Below, one piece after another: positions 58,557 through 64,000 of a stretch of 64,000 bases of DNA. Below the pieces are notes generated by a model, which had not been told where the DNA came from, did no database searches, and saw only the letters and a program-made list of their open reading frames with translations. Numbering within the stretch: position 1 is the stretch's first letter; every line of letters starts with the position of its first letter. The DNA lies in IMG/VR virus record IMGVR_UViG_3300027839_000007, positions 21,546-85,545 of that record; one strand, written 5' to 3'. Origin of the DNA: a virus. Made by a program: the position numbers and the translations under genes.

Positions 58557-60575
58557 ATGTCATCGCGCATTCCTAGCGACCTATTGTTGGCTTCGCCTGA
58601 AGAGGCTGCGGACAAGCTGGCCACGTACATGGTGCTGAGTCGCCAGGCTGGCGGGTTCACGAAGTCGGCTGCCCCGTGGTATGAGGATGTAGGAAACTCG
58701 GTCTCTGATTTTTGGGCTAAGAACGTTGCCGGTCCTGCACAAAGCTTCGGAGAAACTGCAGGTGGCACTTTTTCAGAGTATTGGGACAAGTACGTTGACA
58801 GTATTACCGGTGGAGGCGGACCTGCTGCACAGACACTGGCATTGGCGGGAACCGGTGCTGGTATAGGCGGCATCTATGGGTTGGTTAGTGAGCTAGCCCG
58901 TAATAAAAAAGAACGCCGGTGGGAAAACCCGTTGCTGTATGCTGGTTTGGGTGGCGCTATCGGCGGCGGAGCTGGCCTGGCATACCACAATATTCCTGGT
59001 TTGAGGGATACTGTCGATGAAACTGTTAATTCCTTACGAGGGGAGAAGCGGCCGCCACCTTCTGAGGTAGACGTAGCAACTGCGGTAAGCACACCAGAGG
59101 CGCACCGGACCCCGGAACAGCAACGCATCGTGAATGATGTTGACGAAGCGAAGACGACGGCTAACCAGGAGCTCGCTCGTGGAGTAGCGACTCTTGGAAC
59201 TGATCCTAACGCGAGTGTTGCTGTACTAGTGGCGGCGCTGACGGGGGAGCCGTCGCCAGAGGCCCTCCAAAACTCCCCGTACCTCAGCGCGATCGCAGGC
59301 ACCGGGGCCGGTATCGCCGTCTCCAAGGCTGTAACCAGTGCGCGAGGACTACGTCAACTCACCGGCGAGCCTGGCAAACCGAGCATGGCGGATAGAGCAT
59401 TTGGCGGTGTACCTTCTGTCGAGATTCTGCAAAGGTACCTGGGTAGCTCGGGCGGGATTAATCTAGATGACGCTACGGTCATTAAAATTCAGAATGAGTT
59501 GCGTGACTACGCCAACTCGTGGGCTGGTAGAACTAGGGGACGGCTGCCGCGGCCAGCTGGGGGCATGCCGACGGTGTGGCATCATCCAGAGTCGGGGAAT
59601 GTGACGTTGGATAAACCCAGCAGAGCCGACCGCGCCGCGCGTGATGTGAAGCCGTGGCGGCTGGAGTCTGGTGGCTTTGTTCCCGGGCAACAAAAGATAC
59701 ATGACCCGGGTAGTATCGCCCCGCAGCTCGTCGAAGCTTATAAATTGGAGAAGAAAGTCGCCGAAGAATTGGCGGCAGCCATTAAAGCGACCGGAGCGGA
59801 GAGAAAAGACGCACTAGAACTGTTATTGAAAAGTCCTAAGTTACAAAATAGCGGTACCCGTATTCAGCTTAGTCTTGAGATGCATCCTGATACCGGTAAC
59901 TGGACTATTGCTGCCCCCGGGCATGAAGCCGTAGCGCGCCTGGCTGGCGAGGACGCGCCGCCGCGCGTGCCAATTAGTGCGCCTGCGGCTGGTGTTTTAG
60001 AGGAAGCGGCTAGCCCTGAATCTATTATGCGTGCGTTTGGTATTAACGCTGATCCAGCTGGCAAAATTCACACAGCGTTGACGTTCGCAAACAGCCAAAT
60101 GGCAAAACCCGGCGTTGCGACGAGCCCAGCTGAAGTAGCTCAAGTCCGCGCTGACCTCAACAAGAGCCTTGCCGGAAGTCAAAGTAGTCGACGTTTCCCC
60201 TTGGAGGCGCAGCTTAGTGATGGCCGGTGGACAATCGTTGAGACCATAAAGCCAGTTTTGAAACTGCGCAATCCGTTCGGCGGCCGGTTTGGTGTGCAAT
60301 TGCCATTCCACCTCGGTGCGCCAAGCTCGCGCCCATACCATACAATACGCGGGTCGCGCTTGCAGCGGGCTCCCGGGGCGCGGGTGATGCCGCACGTACT
60401 GCCAGCTGTAGGCGGCATTTGGGGAGGTTATCACGCAGCCGATCGAGCACGCCACCGAGCCGCCGAGCGTGCGGCGATACGAGCAGTCGGCGGCGGGGGT
60501 GGAGGTAACGACATCTGGGATAAGATCATCGAGCTTGGCCGCGAGGCTGACAAACCGAGGCAGAGGGGGCAATAA
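58557..60575 (+). CDS. Putative virion protein with glycine-zipper helices
   Basis: TKSAA; GTGAGIGGIYG, AGLGGAIGGGAG. Confidence 0.6.
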   Translation: MSSRIPSDLLLASPEEAADKLATYMVLSRQAGGFTKSAAPWYEDVGNSVSDFWAKNVAGPAQSFGETAGGTFSEYWDKYVDSITGGGGPAAQTLALAGTGAGIGGIYGLVSELARNKKERRWENPLLYAGLGGAIGGGAGLAYHNIPGLRDTVDETVNSLRGEKRPPPSEVDVATAVSTPEAHRTPEQQRIVNDVDEAKTTANQELARGVATLGTDPNASVAVLVAALTGEPSPEALQNSPYLSAIAGTGAGIAVSKAVTSARGLRQLTGEPGKPSMADRAFGGVPSVEILQRYLGSSGGINLDDATVIKIQNELRDYANSWAGRTRGRLPRPAGGMPTVWHHPESGNVTLDKPSRADRAARDVKPWRLESGGFVPGQQKIHDPGSIAPQLVEAYKLEKKVAEELAAAIKATGAERKDALELLLKSPKLQNSGTRIQLSLEMHPDTGNWTIAAPGHEAVARLAGEDAPPRVPISAPAAGVLEEAASPESIMRAFGINADPAGKIHTALTFANSQMAKPGVATSPAEVAQVRADLNKSLAGSQSSRRFPLEAQLSDGRWTIVETIKPVLKLRNPFGGRFGVQLPFHLGAPSSRPYHTIRGSRLQRAPGARVMPHVLPAVGGIWGGYHAADRARHRAAERAAIRAVGGGGGGNDIWDKIIELGREADKPRQRGQ

Positions 60576-62024
60576 ATGATTAAAGTCATCACACCCAGTG
60601 CCTGGAACTTTGATGAGCCGATTGTGCAGATTGTGAAAGTGGCGAAGAGTGGCCTGCAGGGTGACGATCTTCGTTCTTTCATCAAGAGAGCTGGTCACAA
60701 GTTTGCCGACAAAGTCCAGAGCATTGACCTGTCTCCCGGCGAGGTTCCGGTGCACCTGATCGCACTCGGCGCTACCGAGTACTATGGCCCTAATCGTAAT
60801 GGCGATGGTTTCACCGAGGATACCTGCCGTAAGCACCACTCCTCTTTCCAGAAGAATGCGCACTGGTATCGGAATCACAAGAACAAGGATTCGAAGAAGA
60901 GCTACGGCATCGTTAAGTTGTCGCACTACAACGATGACATGAAGCGCGTTGAGCTCATCATTGCATTGAACTCAACCAAGGAAGCGGCCAAACGCAACGG
61001 CGGCCTGGTCGCTAGTGACGAGATGGAGAAGCTGGCGAAAGGTGATGACATCGCCGTGTCCATGGCTTGTCGTGTGCCTTTCGATGTTTGCAGTGGATGC
61101 GGTAACCGTGCCCGTAGTCGTAATGATTACTGCAATGGCGCACTATGTAAGCACGGTGGACTGAAATCAAACATTGGTACGGTACTGGAAGATGGACATA
61201 TTCTTCATGCCGACAACCCTGATCCTGATTTTTTCGATATCAGCCGGGTGTTTCGTCCTGCTGACAGGATTGCGTATACACTGGGGCGTATCGAGAAGGC
61301 AGCGGCCTCCGGACAAGTGATTTCCGGAGCCGAGTTGGCTGAAGAATTTGGATTGAATGCTCCTGCCGTACTTTCTATTGGCGCCAATAGAAATACCAAA
61401 ACAGCACAGCAGATACTCTGCGCGCACGAGCTGGCTGCGCTGGAGCAGGAGCTTCCTAGTGATGGTTACCTGTATAAGGAGGGGCGTTTGGCACGTATGC
61501 CCGCGCCTCCAGTCGTTCAGTTTGTAACTACTACGAAGCTAGCGCACCTGGTGCGTGCGCTAGCGCAGGAGGAGATTATACTCCCTGTCGAAGAATTTCT
61601 AACGATCGTGCACGGAGACACTGAGAAGTCGGCTTCGGTAGCGCCGGAAGTGGCAAATCAACTTCCCAGCATCTACACTCGCCTTACTAGCGATCGTCAA
61701 CAGCTGGAATCAGATGCAGCTAACAACCCCTATTTCACTGATTCGCTGGATACTCCCAGCGAATACCGTAAGTGGGCGGCGGCTATTGCTCCTGACTATT
61801 CGTACAGTCAAGAGCACGTGACCGTACGTTCACAGAGATCTGCATTGCGTGGTTTGACTAAGACTGCCAGTATTAGGCAGATCCCGGTTTCCACCAACAA
61901 CTCCGCAGAACAACTCGCACGGCAATATGCCTTGTATAAAATCGCCTCTCTGTTACAGTTTCCGGCACAGAAGGGCAGATCTGAGTTGACACTGTCTGCA
62001 TGTATAATGCAAAATTACATCTGA
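60576..62024 (+). CDS. Putative prohead (capsid maturation) protease, assemblin-like serine protease
   Basis: NRNGDGF, RNHKN (His), VSMACRV (Ser), CSGCG..YC Zn-like insert, FFDIS.V..PAD; lies upstream of scaffold-like genes. Confidence 0.7.
   Translation: MIKVITPSAWNFDEPIVQIVKVAKSGLQGDDLRSFIKRAGHKFADKVQSIDLSPGEVPVHLIALGATEYYGPNRNGDGFTEDTCRKHHSSFQKNAHWYRNHKNKDSKKSYGIVKLSHYNDDMKRVELIIALNSTKEAAKRNGGLVASDEMEKLAKGDDIAVSMACRVPFDVCSGCGNRARSRNDYCNGALCKHGGLKSNIGTVLEDGHILHADNPDPDFFDISRVFRPADRIAYTLGRIEKAAASGQVISGAELAEEFGLNAPAVLSIGANRNTKTAQQILCAHELAALEQELPSDGYLYKEGRLARMPAPPVVQFVTTTKLAHLVRALAQEEIILPVEEFLTIVHGDTEKSASVAPEVANQLPSIYTRLTSDRQQLESDAANNPYFTDSLDTPSEYRKWAAAIAPDYSYSQEHVTVRSQRSALRGLTKTASIRQIPVSTNNSAEQLARQYALYKIASLLQFPAQKGRSELTLSACIMQNYI
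61372..61393. promoter_or_regulatory. Perfect palindrome TTTCTATTGGCGCCAATAGAAA (copy 4 of 4, intragenic)
   Basis: 22-bp inverted repeat inside the protease gene. Confidence 0.5.
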
Positions 62025-62099
62025 TGCCGGAGTGAATCTATTGAAACAGCTTCGGTGCTTTTGCCCGGGGCGCACACGTCGTCAAAGGAGTGACAAATA

Positions 62100-63434
62100 A
62101 TGTCCCAAACGTCAACCACTTCGCAGCTGTTCGGACAGCTCAGTGAGTTTATGGAAGAGATTCAGTCTGAGAAGTCCGCGGCGCATGAAAAAGACCCCGG
62201 CGGCCACGATGGCCCGTCAAGTCATCCTTCTGCTGATGTGGATGATTCGCTTAATGACGCTTCCGAAGGAGCGCGTAGCGCCGAGAACTCATCTGATATC
62301 AAAGCTGACGTAGGCGGCAAGGATATCGACTCGACATCCGAAGCCTCCCCCGGTGATGGTGATGATAACCAGCTAAACATGGGGCTGAATCAAAGTTCCA
62401 CTGGCGAAGATCCCGCCGTCGAAGATGATTTCAAGGGTGATAAAGAGGATCCTGGTACAGCGGCAGTTGCCGACGTCAAAGACGGCGAAAAGTACGGGGA
62501 GCTCGCAGAGAAATACGCTTCGGTTTCATTCGCAGAAGCCAGTGATCGCGCCCTGACGCTGGGCAACGAGATCCTGGCCAGTTTTGCCACCGGTGCTACG
62601 GCTACCAAGCAGGCTGGTGTGCAGGCGGCCACGCAGGAAAACCCTACCCAGGTCCAGCCTGAGGCAGAAAAGTCTGCCGAAGCTGGCTACGCGCTGGCGG
62701 CTGCGCTCGGTATGGAGAAGATGTCTTCTGACGAACGCGTTTCCGCGAGTATTGAGCAGACTATCAAGGATGCTCAATTGGACGCTGATCTGGTTGGTGG
62801 CTACCTGAGCGACCTGGCGCAGAACGTCGAAAAGGGAGCGGAAGGCGAACTTCCTCCTGAACTGCTCGACCCCACCAGCGGAGCCGCTGAGGGTGACATC
62901 GAAGGCGCACCTTCCGGGATGGAGGAAGGTGGAGACGGAGGCATTGAAGAGCTCCTCGGCGGCGGAGAAGAGCCAATGATGGGCGGCGAAGAAGATCCCA
63001 TGATGGGTGGCGGCGAAGAAGATCCCATGATGGGTGGCGGCGATGTCGGCGCCGAGGACGTTGAGGGTATTTTGGGCGGGCTCGAAGGTCCTCCGGATGA
63101 GGGTCTTGGAGAAGAAGAGGCGCTGCAGGAATTGGCTATGGCGCTGGATGAACTCGGTATTGCGCCGGAAGATTTGGTTGCCGCGGCCGAGGGTGCCGGA
63201 GGAGGCGGACTCGGAGGAGAAGGACTCGGAGGAGAAGGACTCGGAGGAGAAGGACTCGTAGAAGGCGGCGGACAAGAACTTCCCATGGAAGTTGCGGCTG
63301 AGTGCAAAAAGCTGGCGTCTGCTGTTCAAGGTTTTAAGCGAGCTGGAAAATTCCGCCTCAAATCGGCCACGAATGACCGTGAGCGGAAGATTCGGGATCT
63401 TATGAAAGCTCATGTCATGGAACTCGTCGGTTAA
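62100..63434 (+). CDS. Acidic scaffold-like protein
   Basis: Very acidic; GGEEDPMM and GGEGL repeats; many K-x-A motifs; follows the protease gene. Confidence 0.55.
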   Translation: MSQTSTTSQLFGQLSEFMEEIQSEKSAAHEKDPGGHDGPSSHPSADVDDSLNDASEGARSAENSSDIKADVGGKDIDSTSEASPGDGDDNQLNMGLNQSSTGEDPAVEDDFKGDKEDPGTAAVADVKDGEKYGELAEKYASVSFAEASDRALTLGNEILASFATGATATKQAGVQAATQENPTQVQPEAEKSAEAGYALAAALGMEKMSSDERVSASIEQTIKDAQLDADLVGGYLSDLAQNVEKGAEGELPPELLDPTSGAAEGDIEGAPSGMEEGGDGGIEELLGGGEEPMMGGEEDPMMGGGEEDPMMGGGDVGAEDVEGILGGLEGPPDEGLGEEEALQELAMALDELGIAPEDLVAAAEGAGGGGLGGEGLGGEGLGGEGLVEGGGQELPMEVAAECKKLASAVQGFKRAGKFRLKSATNDRERKIRDLMKAHVMELVG

Positions 63435-63475
63435 GGCAGTTCCAGGTTTGATAAAATATCACGGAGGATTACCAA

Positions 63476-63883
63476 ATGTCGCAATCAACAATTGCGCAGA
63501 AGGTTATCGATCACATCGGATTTTCTTCTGCCGCTATCGATAAAGCCGGTCAGGCAATTGAAGCGCAGAAAGCAATCACTGAGAAGTGCGCGCAGCTCAT
63601 TCCAGCTGCCGTGGACGCGATGATTGCTAAGGGTTTGATCGAGCCCGATGAGAAGGAAGCTGCTGCGACAGCTTTGACGGATCCTGCCCAGGTCATCGAG
63701 ATCTTAACGAAGACGGCAGAACGTCACGACGAATCTGTTCCGGGTACGCTCGGCCAGCCGACTCAGAAATCTGCCGCGGTATATAACAGTCTGGAAAGTC
63801 CGTATGTGGGTTCACGTACTCCGGGTCCCACAGAATCTGATCGACGATTGTTTGAAGGTCTCGGTCTGAGCTATACGGGTTGA
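63476..63883 (+). CDS. Putative head-assembly protein
   Basis: 135 aa; TKTA, QKSAA; strong RBS. Confidence 0.55.
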   Translation: MSQSTIAQKVIDHIGFSSAAIDKAGQAIEAQKAITEKCAQLIPAAVDAMIAKGLIEPDEKEAAATALTDPAQVIEILTKTAERHDESVPGTLGQPTQKSAAVYNSLESPYVGSRTPGPTESDRRLFEGLGLSYTG

Positions 63884-63932
63884 CCAGCTTGTTTCAAGGG
63901 ACTGTTAAATCCAACACGGAGGTTGAATAATC

Positions 63933-64000
63933 ATGGCTGCTCCTACTCAAATGTTTACGAACACTCTTGACGCGGTCAAGGGATGGTTTCACGAAGCTGC
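63933..64000 (+). CDS. Partial CDS, possibly a capsid-associated protein by position
   Basis: GGAGG RBS, then MAAPTQMFTNTLDAVKGWFHEA running off the window. Confidence 0.55.
   Translation, partial: MAAPTQMFTNTLDAVKGWFHEA

Overview
This 64 kb window looks like part of a large tailed-phage (jumbo-phage-like) genome rather than a cellular chromosome. About 70 tightly packed genes all lie on the + strand. Recognisable products are a portal-like protein, an assemblin-type prohead protease followed by scaffold-like genes, a tubulin/FtsZ GTPase, four glycosyltransferase-like genes, a SET-domain protein and exported proteases/lipoproteins. It also encodes a multisubunit RNA polymerase with an unusual layout: beta is fused to the N-terminal half of beta', and the C-terminal half of beta' is a separate gene. 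The most striking non-coding signal is at 1-161. It is a 37-bp-period array of two alternating short repeats, each followed by a unique 8-9 nt spacer, truncated by the window start. This matches the dual-spacer architecture of TIGR guide-RNA arrays. Other cross-window patterns are a K-x-A motif at segment boundaries of nearly all putative virion proteins, a palindrome TATTGGCGCCAATA in four copies, and GGA-loop hairpins over many ribosome-binding sites. All product calls come from motif recognition by eye; no database search was run.
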